Shown here piece after piece: positions 55,410-64,000 of a stretch of 64,000 bases of DNA (the stretch's first letter is position 1; every line of letters begins with the position of its first letter). Origin of the DNA: an uncultured Clostridia bacterium (lineage in GTDB: Bacteria; Bacillota; Clostridia; Christensenellales; UBA1242). The DNA lies in the NCBI GenBank assembly GCA_944362705.1, contig CALVTO010000001.1, positions 17,416 through 81,415 of the forward strand, written 5' to 3'. Under the pieces are notes generated by a model. The model saw only the letters and a list, made by a program, of their open reading frames with translations, was not told where the DNA came from and did no database searches. The translations under genes were made by a program, and so were the position numbers.

Positions 55410-55497
55410 TGGCGGAGAGAGAGGGATTTGAACCCTCGGAACATTTCTGTTCACTTGTTTTCGAGACAAGCACGTTCGACCACTCCGACATCTCTCC
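55410..55497 (-). tRNA. tRNA-Ser(CGA), class II with a long variable arm and an encoded CCA
   Basis: The minus strand reads GGAGAGA...CTTGT-CTCGAAA-ACAAG...GAACAgaaaTGTTC...GAGGGTTCAAATCCCTC-TCTCTCC-G-CCA. Confidence 0.9.
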
Positions 55498-55634
55498 ATT
55501 AGCCATGGTGTTAGTGTAACAAAAAAAGACGCGTTTTTCAAGTATTTTCACATACAAATGTGGTTTTATATGTAACAAAGCAATATATTTGTTTGTAAAA
55601 TGGTGGTTTCTTTGTTATAGTAAGCGTGTAAATT

Positions 55635-57059
55635 ATGGATAACGTAATGCCCAAAATGGTTAAGCCAAATTTTGTAAATGTTTGGGGTAGGCGGGTGCTG
55701 TTTGCCACGCTACTGTTTTTTTTATGGTGGCCTGTTTGGCAATTATTACTTGCCGAAGTTACAGGTTTTTTTCTGGTAAGCAGACAAGTGCTTTTTGTGT
55801 TTACATGTGTGTTTTTATTTGAAATATTGTGGTGTGTATTATTACAATTTTTTTCATTCAAAAATAAAGGCGATTGTAAGCGCTTTATGAAAGAACATAA
55901 AGAACTTTGGTGCTTGGTGTTTATTTTTGCATGGGGTTTTGTATCTAGCTGTTTTGCTTTAGACCCATTGGTGGCGTTTTTTGGCAAAAGTGGCGAAGCG
56001 TTGTTTCAGTTAGAAGCGTATTGGGCGTATGTTTGTTATGCTGTTATATTTGTTGTTGCATTGTGGTGCATTCCTAAAGATAGGCAGACATGGATTGTGT
56101 ATTCGTTTTTTGCCATGCTTGCTGTTGTTGGGTTGTTTACCATGATTGACCCTAAAGGTGAAATATTTTTTGCGTTTCAAAACCATACAAGTACATGGGC
56201 GGGCATGTTTGTCAATTCTAATCATTTTGCGTATTTACTATGTATGGCGGTCGTTGGTTCAGCATATTTGTATGTAAGCCATACCAAGGTATGGGCGCGT
56301 TATATTTGGTTATTATCTTTCTTGTTTTTTACCATACTTTTAATATACAACAATACGTTAGGTAGTTATATTGCAGTGTTGGCAATTTTGTTGTGTATGA
56401 TGTGCGTGTATGCGTGGAAGCATTTGCACATGGCCTTACAAATGGCGCTGAGTTTAGGTTACGTTGTGTTGCTTGGCTTTATCATACAAAATGGGGTGAT
56501 GGCGCAGGCAGTTGAAAATATGGTGCTGGAAGCATTGCGCATTATAACTTCTTTATTAGGTATACACTGTTCTTTTTTAGAAGGAGCAAGTGCGCCACCA
56601 ATGGAAAATTTAGGTACAAACCGTTGGGGATTATGGATCTTAAGTTTTGCCAATATGATTATGTATCCGTTATTTGGTGTAGGTATACAGTGTTATTTTT
56701 TGGCTAACCCAACGGCAACTTCTTCGCGACCGCATAATGAATTTTTGCAATTTACGGGGGAAATGGGCGTGCCTGTGGGCGTTGCGTACATTGTTTTACT
56801 CGTTTTGGTTATTCGCAAGTATGCTTTACAAACGAAGCATTCTGTTATACAAAATGTTACATTTTGGATGTTGTGCACGTATGTAATTTCTAGTTTGTTT
56901 GGAAACACAATGCCACACACTGCGCCTTATGTATGCATACTTCTTGCGATACTTGAAACAACGTTTACACCTGTTTTACCGAAAAAAGAACGTAAACTGC
57001 TTGCAAAATATAAGCAAAATGAGTACATTTATTATAAAGCAAAACAAAAAGAAATTTAG
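55635..57059 (+). CDS. O-antigen ligase / Wzy_C-family polymerase-like membrane protein
   Basis: At least 10 TM helices. RPHNEFLQFTGEMGVP resembles the Wzy_C motif. Confidence 0.7.
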   Translation: MDNVMPKMVKPNFVNVWGRRVLFATLLFFLWWPVWQLLLAEVTGFFLVSRQVLFVFTCVFLFEILWCVLLQFFSFKNKGDCKRFMKEHKELWCLVFIFAWGFVSSCFALDPLVAFFGKSGEALFQLEAYWAYVCYAVIFVVALWCIPKDRQTWIVYSFFAMLAVVGLFTMIDPKGEIFFAFQNHTSTWAGMFVNSNHFAYLLCMAVVGSAYLYVSHTKVWARYIWLLSFLFFTILLIYNNTLGSYIAVLAILLCMMCVYAWKHLHMALQMALSLGYVVLLGFIIQNGVMAQAVENMVLEALRIITSLLGIHCSFLEGASAPPMENLGTNRWGLWILSFANMIMYPLFGVGIQCYFLANPTATSSRPHNEFLQFTGEMGVPVGVAYIVLLVLVIRKYALQTKHSVIQNVTFWMLCTYVISSLFGNTMPHTAPYVCILLAILETTFTPVLPKKERKLLAKYKQNEYIYYKAKQKEI

Positions 57060-57079
57060 ACAAGAAGGATGGAGAAGGT

Positions 57080-58306
57080 ATGTTAATTAAAGGACAAAAG
57101 CCATTTCAATTTTTAAAAGAAAGGGGCTTATTATACAACGTAACGAACGAAAAAGAAGTAGAAGAACTTTTAAATGGTAAACCTATTACATTCTATTTAG
57201 GTATTGACCCAACAGCCGATGCCATTCATGTAGGGCATTTATGTTCTTTGCGTACGTTCCGTTATTTGCAAGAAGCGGGGCATAAAGGTATTTTAATTAT
57301 TGGTGGTGCAACTGCCATGATTGGTGACCCTTCGGGAAGAACCGATATGCGTACCATGCTAACAGAAGAAAAGGTGCAATTAAACCTTGAAACTATGAAA
57401 AATTTTGCGAAAAAGTTTATTGTAACTGATGGCGAAAATGGTGCAAAAATTGTAAGCAACGCAGAATGGATGAAAAATTATTCATATATTGATTTTTTAA
57501 GAGATGTTGGCGCGTACTTCAATGTAAACACCATGCTTGCGGCCGAAGCGTATAAAAAACGTTTAGCCAATGGTGGTTTAACCTTTTTAGAAATGGGGTA
57601 TATGCCTATTCAAGCGTACGATTTTGAATATTTAAACCGTACGTATGGTTGTGTTTTAGAAGTTGGCGGTTCTGATCAATGGGGAAATATGGTAGCGGGC
57701 ACGGAATTGTTGCGCCGTAAACATAACGTACACGCAAATGCGTTTACTACACCACTTTTGTTAAATGCGCAAGGTGAAAAAATGGGTAAAACCACAGGTG
57801 GCGCTTTGTGGGTTTCGCAAGATAAAACCAGCGTGTATGATTTGTATCAATATTTTATGAACGTTGATGATCGCGATGTAGAAAAATTGTTGCGTTGGTT
57901 TAGTGATTTTTCTACGGCAGATATTCAAAAGATTTGTGCAGGCGATATTCGCGAGGCGAAAAAGATTATGGCGTTTGAAGTTACCAAGCTTATTCACGGG
58001 GAAGAAAACGCAAAGCAGGCGCAAGCTACGGCGCAAGAAATTTTCTCAGGTGCTGGCGTATCCGACAATATGCCAAGTGTTGCATATAATAAACAAGAGC
58101 TTGCAAATGGTGTGAATGTTTGTGCACTTTTGGCAGATATTGGGTTAGCGTCTTCTCGTAGTGAAGCAAGACGCTTAGTACAGCAAGGTGGCATTGTGGT
58201 AGACGGTGAAAAAATTCAAGATTTTTCTACCAACATTCAAAAAACCGACGAATTTGTTGTTCGTAAAGGCAAAAAGATATTTATAAAAGTTATTCCGCAA
58301 GCTTAA
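57080..58306 (+). CDS. tyrS: Tyrosine--tRNA ligase
   Basis: HVGHL (HIGH), KMGKT (KMSKS) and a C-terminal S4-like domain. Confidence 0.95.
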   Translation: MLIKGQKPFQFLKERGLLYNVTNEKEVEELLNGKPITFYLGIDPTADAIHVGHLCSLRTFRYLQEAGHKGILIIGGATAMIGDPSGRTDMRTMLTEEKVQLNLETMKNFAKKFIVTDGENGAKIVSNAEWMKNYSYIDFLRDVGAYFNVNTMLAAEAYKKRLANGGLTFLEMGYMPIQAYDFEYLNRTYGCVLEVGGSDQWGNMVAGTELLRRKHNVHANAFTTPLLLNAQGEKMGKTTGGALWVSQDKTSVYDLYQYFMNVDDRDVEKLLRWFSDFSTADIQKICAGDIREAKKIMAFEVTKLIHGEENAKQAQATAQEIFSGAGVSDNMPSVAYNKQELANGVNVCALLADIGLASSRSEARRLVQQGGIVVDGEKIQDFSTNIQKTDEFVVRKGKKIFIKVIPQA

Positions 58307-58317
58307 AAGGGGAGTTT

Positions 58318-59190
58318 ATGATTACAAAAGCCATACTACCAATTGCGGGGTTAGGAACGCGCATGCTACCAGCAACAAAGGCGGTAGCAAAAGAATTATT
58401 TCCTATCAATTGCAAACCTGCACTTTTATACTTGTTAGAAGAATGTTTGCAAAGCGGTATTACCGATGTTTTACTTATTATTAGTAAAGAGAAAAAAGAT
58501 ATTATACGCTTTTTTAAAGACGAAAAAAGACTTTTTGAGCGGTTGCAAAGCGAACATAAAATGCAATATTTACAAGATTTTATACGCATAAAGCAATCGC
58601 TACGTATTTCGTTTGCCTACCAAACCCCTAACGTTTGTGGGTCGGGTGGCGCGTTACTTGCGGGTAAGGCGTGGGCAAACGGCGAAGATGTGGCTGTTTT
58701 GTTTGGCGATGACGTTATGTATACAGAGCCAAATCAGCCACCTGTAACCATGCAATTGCTACAAGCATATAACGAGCGAAAAGGCTTAGTGGTTGGATGC
58801 CAATACGTTACGCGAGAAGATATCGTTAAGTATAGCAGTATGTGTATTGTAAACCCATATAAAAATTGGTTTGAAGTGAATGGTATAATAGAAAAACCGC
58901 AGAACAATCCGCCTTCCTTATTGTCGGGGCTGGGTAGGTATATTGTACCCAATGCCATGTTTTCTATTTTAAAACAACAAGCCAAAGGGTGTAAGGGTAA
59001 AGAAGTAGGGCTTACCGAAGCCATGCATACATATTTACAAACCCATGGTGGACTTGCCGTTGTTATGGAAGCTCAGCGCTATGATATTGGTGATAAGTTA
59101 GGTCTTGTACGTGCGCAGGTGGAATATGCATTGCGTGACGAGACGATTGGGGAAAAAGTAAAAAATTATATAAAAAGTCTTAAATTTTAA
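58318..59190 (+). CDS. galU: UTP--glucose-1-phosphate uridylyltransferase
   Basis: KAILPIAGLGTRMLPATKAVAKELFPI. Confidence 0.9.
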   Translation: MITKAILPIAGLGTRMLPATKAVAKELFPINCKPALLYLLEECLQSGITDVLLIISKEKKDIIRFFKDEKRLFERLQSEHKMQYLQDFIRIKQSLRISFAYQTPNVCGSGGALLAGKAWANGEDVAVLFGDDVMYTEPNQPPVTMQLLQAYNERKGLVVGCQYVTREDIVKYSSMCIVNPYKNWFEVNGIIEKPQNNPPSLLSGLGRYIVPNAMFSILKQQAKGCKGKEVGLTEAMHTYLQTHGGLAVVMEAQRYDIGDKLGLVRAQVEYALRDETIGEKVKNYIKSLKF

Positions 59191-59286
59191 AAAATGCGTG
59201 TAAAACGTTTGCTAAACGTTGATACTTTTAGTAAACTATACGTAATCAGTTACTAGGAAATAGTACTTGAAAGGGAGAAAATAAAC

Positions 59287-59562
59287 ATGAAAATATCTGA
59301 CGTAAGAATTCATATCGTAAAGAATGAAACAAGCAAAATCAAAGCATCTGCATCTATTACTATTGACGATGTCTTTGTAGTGCACGAAATCAAAATTATT
59401 GAAGGGAACGAAGGTTTATTTATTGCAATGCCTTCTAGAAAATATCCTGACGGTAGTTTTAAAGATATCGTTCATCCTCTAAACACTCCAACTCGTGAAG
59501 AAATTAGAGATATTGTTTTAAAAGCGTATGAAGAAGCGTTAAAAACAGATAAAGCTGAATAA
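59287..59562 (+). CDS. spoVG: Septation/regulatory protein SpoVG
   Basis: MKISDVRIHIV...FIAMPSRKYPDGSFKDIVHPLNTPTREEI. Confidence 0.95.
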   Translation: MKISDVRIHIVKNETSKIKASASITIDDVFVVHEIKIIEGNEGLFIAMPSRKYPDGSFKDIVHPLNTPTREEIRDIVLKAYEEALKTDKAE

Positions 59563-59566
59563 GCAA

Positions 59567-59596
59567 TAAAAACACAGGGGTACCTGTGTTTTTTTG
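59567..59596 (+). terminator. Rho-independent terminator
   Basis: Stem ACACAGG/CCTGTGT followed by T7. Confidence 0.8.
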
Positions 59597-59643
59597 TTGC
59601 AATTTATAAGCGCATATAGGCTATTTTGTGCATATAATGCAAT

Positions 59644-61005
59644 ATGAAAATAAACAAACAACATATTCATATTGTAGGCATTGGGGGCATAAGTCTTTCA
59701 GCGCTTGCTCGTTTATTACAAGCAAAAGGTTACACCGTTACGGGGGTAGATAATACGCCTTCGAATATATTGCACTCTTTAAAAAAATATGGCATTGCAA
59801 CCAAGTTGCACGCTTGTAAAGCATGGGTAAAACGTGCAGATTTGGTTGTGTATTCTTCTGCCATACCCGATACGCACCCCGATTTGGTTTTAGCAAAAGC
59901 GTTACATAAAACCATATGTTCGCGCGCTAAATTATTGGGGGCCATTGCAAGTATGTATCCTAAAACGGTTGCCGTTTCTGGAGCGCACGGTAAAACCACT
60001 TGCACTGCCATGATAGCACAAATGTTATTAACGGCATCGCGCACGCCTACGGTACACGTGGGTGGCATAATGCCTTTTATGCATGGGAATGTACATGTAG
60101 GCAAAGGGGATATTTTTTTAACAGAAGCGTGTGAGTACAAAGATAGTTTTTTAGAGCTTGCGCCTTTTATTGGTATTATTTTAAATATACAACCCGACCA
60201 CTTAGATTATTTTAAAACATTTGCCAACATGCAAAACTCTTTTGCTATTTTTGCGCATAAAATAGATGTTTGTGGCTTTTGCATTATCAATGCCGATGAT
60301 ATGTATGCAAATAAAACTACATCATTTGCACATACACTTACATTTGGGGTGCATCAAAAGGCAGATATAACAGCTTCGAATATTTGCTTAAATTCTTTGG
60401 GCAATGCAGGCTTTGACGTGTTTGTGTTTGGTTCTTTTATTGGTCATGTGCAATTAGCGGTGCCAGGTGAGCATCAGGTATACAATGCTTTGGCAGCGCT
60501 TTGTGCGTGTGTATGCCTAGGGTTGTCGTTTAAAGAATGTTTACCAGGGTTAGAAGGATTTTCTGGCGTAAAGCGTAGGTTTGAACATATAGGCACGGTG
60601 CATGGAGCGCGGGTTATTGCCGATTATGCGCATCACCCAGAAGAAATTAAAGCTACGCTTGCGTTATGTAAAAGCATTACCAAGGGTAAACTATATGTGG
60701 TATTTCAACCTCACACGTTTTCGCGTACAAAAGATTTGTGGAGCGATTTTGTACAATGTTTTACCTTAGCCGACGAAGTTTGCATTGCGCCTATTTATCC
60801 AGCGCGAGAACAACCTATAGAAGGTATTACGCATATTTCCTTAGCAAATGCTATTTATACACATGGCAAAAAGGCTTACGCGAAAACGGTAAAACAAATG
60901 CTTGCTTTTTACCCTAATATTGTAAAGCCACAAGATTGTTTGTTGGTGCTTGGCGCGGGCGATATTATAGAATTTGCACATAAAATTGTAGAGCAAAATG
61001 TATAA
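59644..61005 (+). CDS. murC: UDP-N-acetylmuramate--L-alanine ligase
   Basis: HIVGIGGISLSALA, VSGAHGKTTCTAM and DYAHHPEEI. Confidence 0.95.
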   Translation: MKINKQHIHIVGIGGISLSALARLLQAKGYTVTGVDNTPSNILHSLKKYGIATKLHACKAWVKRADLVVYSSAIPDTHPDLVLAKALHKTICSRAKLLGAIASMYPKTVAVSGAHGKTTCTAMIAQMLLTASRTPTVHVGGIMPFMHGNVHVGKGDIFLTEACEYKDSFLELAPFIGIILNIQPDHLDYFKTFANMQNSFAIFAHKIDVCGFCIINADDMYANKTTSFAHTLTFGVHQKADITASNICLNSLGNAGFDVFVFGSFIGHVQLAVPGEHQVYNALAALCACVCLGLSFKECLPGLEGFSGVKRRFEHIGTVHGARVIADYAHHPEEIKATLALCKSITKGKLYVVFQPHTFSRTKDLWSDFVQCFTLADEVCIAPIYPAREQPIEGITHISLANAIYTHGKKAYAKTVKQMLAFYPNIVKPQDCLLVLGAGDIIEFAHKIVEQNV

Positions 61006-61047
61006 AACCATAAGGGTTTCACATACTAAAAGCAGGAGGAATAAGGT

Positions 61048-61167
61048 ATGTACGGAAACTCTTATTTTGTATCTATGATTCCAAGTTTTGGTAAAGATGT
61101 GTTTGATTATATGTCGCACGGGTTAAAAGATGGTTACATTTTTTCTGGGGAAGATGTGCGAGAGTAA
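61048..61167 (+). CDS. Small ORF (39 aa) with a strong RBS, below the ORF-track cutoff
   Basis: AGGAGG sits 8 nt before the ATG. The product is MYGNSYFVSMIPSFGKDVFDYMSHGLKDGYIFSGEDVRE. Confidence 0.35.
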   Translation: MYGNSYFVSMIPSFGKDVFDYMSHGLKDGYIFSGEDVRE

Positions 61168-61185
61168 AATTTTTTTCATTTTCAC

Positions 61186-61215
61186 TTGACAGTGTTGCGT
61201 TTGGTGTATTATAAT
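61186..61215 (+). promoter_or_regulatory. Sigma-A promoter (TTGACA, 18 nt spacer, TATAAT) upstream of rpmE
   Basis: The hexamers were read directly. Confidence 0.55.
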
Positions 61216-61246
61216 GCTTTTGCTATTAACATAAGGAGACTGCGCT

Positions 61247-61462
61247 ATGAAACAAAACACTCATCCAGATTATCATGAAGTAACCGTTACTTGTGCTTGT
61301 GGCAACAAGTTTAAAACTGGTTCTACTGTTAAACAAGACGAAATTAAAATTGAAATTTGCAACAAATGCCATCCTTTCTTTACGGGTACGCAAAAAATTG
61401 TTGACCAAGGTGGTCGTGTTGAAAAATTCAATAACAGATACGCTAACAAAAAAAGTAAGTAG
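61247..61462 (+). CDS. rpmE: 50S ribosomal protein L31 (Zn-ribbon type A)
   Basis: [14 protein letters not shown]...[10 protein letters not shown]. Confidence 0.95.
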   Translation: MKQNTHPDYHEVTVTCACGNKFKTGSTVKQDEIKIEICNKCHPFFTGTQKIVDQGGRVEKFNNRYANKKSK

Positions 61463-61474
61463 CTATTTTTTTCT

Positions 61475-61502
61475 AGTGCAAGAATACTCTTGCACTTTTT
61501 TA
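61475..61502 (+). terminator. Rho-independent terminator
   Basis: Stem AGTGCAAGA/TCTTGCACT followed by T6. Confidence 0.8.
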
Positions 61503-61559
61503 GATTGTGGAAATGTACAAAAACTTGTAGCATAACACAATCTTTTTTTATGTACGCTT

Positions 61560-62348
61560 ATGCATTGGACACAGGTAGAAAAACATTTGCAATCTTTGCT
61601 ACATATAGAAGACATACCGCCGCAAACTGCGCGGTGGCTTATTTGGCATGTGTGCCAAACAAAATGTCCAAGCGATGTAACCGAAGAGCAAATGCAAAAA
61701 CTAGAAGCGCTGGCGCAAGAAGTTTGCACGGGTAAGCCACTTGATTATGTGCTTGGCAATGCAGAGTTTTATGGAATTACTTTAGAAGTAAACCCCAACG
61801 TGCTTATACCGCGAGCAGACACAGAGCGCTTGGTGGAATGGGTTTTAAAAAATACCAAAGAAGGCAATACGGTTTTAGATATTGGTACAGGAAGTGGCGC
61901 GATAGCTATTGTGCTAGCAAAACACAATCGTAAAGTCACCGCAACAGATATAAGCAAAGAGGCGTTGCAGGTAGCGCAAAGAAATGCAAAACAGCACGGC
62001 GTAAACATTACGTTTTTACAAACCGATGTATGCGAGGGTATTACGCAAACATTTGATGTGGTTGTAAGTAACCCGCCATATATTTGCGAGGATTACCCAT
62101 TAGATGCAAGTGTAAAAAATTATGAACCGCACCTTGCGCTGTTTGCTGGTAAAGATGGGCTAGATGTGTATAAAAAGCAAGCACAACAAGTACCAAATGT
62201 TTTAAAACCACATGGGAAATTGTTTTTGGAAGTGGGGTACGACCAAGCGGAAAAAGTAGCGAGCCTTTTAAAACCTTATTTTACAAAATTACAAATACAA
62301 AAAGATTATGCGGGTGTTAACCGTTGTGTTATGGGAGAAAAAATATGA
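61560..62348 (+). CDS. prmC: Peptide chain release factor N5-glutamine methyltransferase
   Basis: DIGTGSGAIAI and SNPPYI. Confidence 0.85.
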   Translation: MHWTQVEKHLQSLLHIEDIPPQTARWLIWHVCQTKCPSDVTEEQMQKLEALAQEVCTGKPLDYVLGNAEFYGITLEVNPNVLIPRADTERLVEWVLKNTKEGNTVLDIGTGSGAIAIVLAKHNRKVTATDISKEALQVAQRNAKQHGVNITFLQTDVCEGITQTFDVVVSNPPYICEDYPLDASVKNYEPHLALFAGKDGLDVYKKQAQQVPNVLKPHGKLFLEVGYDQAEKVASLLKPYFTKLQIQKDYAGVNRCVMGEKI

Positions 62349-63418
62349 TTGAAAAATTAAAAGAAATGAAACAAAAATACATAGACCTTACCAATAAAAT
62401 TGCCGATAGTACGATTTTGCAAGACCAGCAATTATGGCAAAAATATGTAAAAGAACATGCTTCGTTAGCACCTATTGTAGAAAAATATGACGAGTATGTA
62501 AAAGTGGAAAAAGATATGCTCGACGCGCAAGAAATGGCTAAAGTAGAAACCGACCCTGAAATGCTTGCTATGTTACATGAAGAGCAACTTTCGGGTAAAC
62601 AAAACTTGAAAAAGATTGAAGACGAATTGCGTGTTTTGTTATTACCTAAAGACGAGAACGATGAAAAGAACGTTATTATAGAATTACGCGCGGGCGCTGG
62701 TGGCGATGAAGCAAGTTTGTTTTGCGCTGAGTTAAAACGTATGTACAGTTTATATGCGGAAAAAAATAGATGGCGCATAGAAGAAATGGATGGCTCGTAT
62801 ACCGAAGCCGGTGGTATAAAAGACTGTTCGTTTATGGTAATTGGTAAAAACGCGTTTCGTAATTTAAAATTTGAAGGTGGTGTGCACCGCGTGCAACGTG
62901 TGCCTGAAACAGAGTCGCAGGGCAGAGTGCATACATCTACCGTTACGGTGGCGGTTCTTCCAGAAACACCAAACGTGGAAATAGAAATTAACGAAAAAGA
63001 TTTACAAATTGATACATACCGTAGTGGTGGTGCGGGTGGACAGCACGTCAATAAAACGGAATCGGCCATTCGTATTACACATATTCCAACAGGCATTATT
63101 GTGGCTTGCCAAGATGAACGCTCACAGGTAAAAAACCGTGAAAAAGCCATGAACTGGTTAAAAAGTAAATTATACGATTATTACCAATCGCAGGCCGAAA
63201 AAGAGTATGGGGCTATGCGTAGAGTGCAAGTTGGTACGGGCGACAGAAGCGAAAAAATACGTACCTATAATTTCCCGCAAAACCGCGTAACCGACCATAG
63301 AATTAACCTAACGATGTATAATTTAGACCAATTTATGAATGGTGATATTGAAGAAATGATAGAAGCATTACAAGTGGCCGACCAACAAGCAAAACTTGCG
63401 GCAAGTGATGAAGAATAA
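62345..63418 (+). CDS. prfA: Peptide chain release factor 1
   Basis: GGAGGQHVNKTESAIRITHIPTG and a PET-type tripeptide region. ATGA overlap with prmC. Confidence 0.95.
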   Translation: MIEKLKEMKQKYIDLTNKIADSTILQDQQLWQKYVKEHASLAPIVEKYDEYVKVEKDMLDAQEMAKVETDPEMLAMLHEEQLSGKQNLKKIEDELRVLLLPKDENDEKNVIIELRAGAGGDEASLFCAELKRMYSLYAEKNRWRIEEMDGSYTEAGGIKDCSFMVIGKNAFRNLKFEGGVHRVQRVPETESQGRVHTSTVTVAVLPETPNVEIEINEKDLQIDTYRSGGAGGQHVNKTESAIRITHIPTGIIVACQDERSQVKNREKAMNWLKSKLYDYYQSQAEKEYGAMRRVQVGTGDRSEKIRTYNFPQNRVTDHRINLTMYNLDQFMNGDIEEMIEALQVADQQAKLAASDEE

Positions 63419-63443
63419 AAGATGGTTTTTGCCATCTTTTTTG
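63417..63443 (+). terminator. Rho-independent terminator
   Basis: Stem AGATGG/CCATCT followed by T6. Confidence 0.7.
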
Positions 63444-63495
63444 TTTTTATAAAAAATTGGTTTATATTGCGTGTATTGTGTGGTATACTTACAGT

Positions 63496-64000
63496 ATGGT
63501 TCAAGAACAAATTTTGCAAAAGTTACAACAATTACCACAAACCCCTGGTGTGTATATTATGAAAAATGCACAAGGGGATATTATTTATGTTGGAAAAGCA
63601 AAACGTTTAAAAAATAGGGTAAAACAATATTTTGATAACTCTCCCAAACCCGTTAAAGTGGGTATAATGGCGCAAAATGTTGCCAATTTTGATTATATTT
63701 TGTGTGAAACAGAAAGTGATGCGTTTGCCTTAGAAAACACACTTATAAAGAAGCATAAACCCAAATATAACATACTTTTAAAAGATGATAAGGGTTACCC
63801 ATACATTAAAATTACCATGAAAGAAAAATATCCTCGCGTGCAAGTGGCGCGAAAAATTGTTAGTGATGGGTCTTTATACTTTGGCCCTTATGTAGTAGGT
63901 ATGCGGGTTTCGGAAATTTTAGATATTGTACATATGGTATTTCCGCTTCGTACGTGCTCGTTGCAGTTTGAAAAGCCAATACATCAAAAACGCATGTGTT
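63496..64000 (+). CDS. uvrC: Excinuclease ABC subunit C, N-terminal GIY-YIG part (3' end outside the window)
   Basis: My own translation gives MVQEQILQKLQQLPQTPGVYIMKNAQGDIIYVGKAKRLKNRVKQYF...KHKPKYNILLKDDKGYPYI. It is absent from the ORF track because there is no stop in the window. Confidence 0.9.
   Translation, partial: MVQEQILQKLQQLPQTPGVYIMKNAQGDIIYVGKAKRLKNRVKQYFDNSPKPVKVGIMAQNVANFDYILCETESDAFALENTLIKKHKPKYNILLKDDKGYPYIKITMKEKYPRVQVARKIVSDGSLYFGPYVVGMRVSEILDIVHMVFPLRTCSLQFEKPIHQKRMC

Noticed and set aside
55329-55987. Minus-strand ORFs at 55329-55541, 55360-55578 and 55538-55987.
   Set aside because: The first two are read through the tRNA-Ser gene. The third overlaps the start of the O-antigen-ligase-like gene and has a low-complexity basic composition.
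57060-57079. An expected T-box leader upstream of tyrS.
   Set aside because: Only 20 nt separate the upstream stop codon from the tyrS ATG, which leaves room for just an RBS. There is no space for a T-box riboswitch, so tyrS appears to be co-transcribed with the upstream membrane-protein gene.
62329-63150. A 273-aa ORF on the minus strand.
   Set aside because: It is entirely antisense to prfA, which has unmistakable RF1 motifs including GGQ. Its S/C/F-rich composition is typical of an antisense shadow ORF.

Overview
This 64 kb window looks like a chromosomal segment of a low-GC, anaerobic Firmicutes/Clostridia-like bacterium using the standard code 11. That placement rests on spoVG, a SipW-type signal peptidase, a PrsA-like lipoprotein, class III RNR nrdD/nrdG, strong AGGAGG-type ribosome binding sites (RBS) and many rho-independent terminators. 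Most of the window is housekeeping: the mfd 3' end, pyk, dusB, pgk-tpiA-gpmI-secG, pepF, gmk, ndk, dut, gpsA, tyrS, galU, spoVG, murC, rpmE, prmC-prfA and the uvrC 5' end. There is also a block of monocistronic surface-protein genes and two ABC systems. The stand-out is a visibly AT-rich island of about 8.6 kb (about 46.7-55.4 kb) that abuts the 3' end of tRNA-Ser(CGA). Its core is a divergently transcribed cassette devoted to nucleotide chemistry. One arm carries a Tmk-like P-loop kinase, a viperin/MoaA-like radical SAM enzyme and a bPH_2 membrane protein interrupted by an in-frame TAA. The other arm carries a Pol-beta nucleotidyltransferase, a MoaA-like radical SAM enzyme and a NUDIX hydrolase. 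A GNAT and an ABC half-transporter with a degenerate ATPase flank it. I propose this as a candidate undescribed nucleotide-modifying system, either defence or nucleoside metabolite. A second notable locus is an NrdD fused to a C-terminal thioredoxin-fold domain, followed directly by a TrxR-like flavoprotein that lacks the NADPH HRR motif. All homology calls come from motif recognition by eye. No searches or computations were run.
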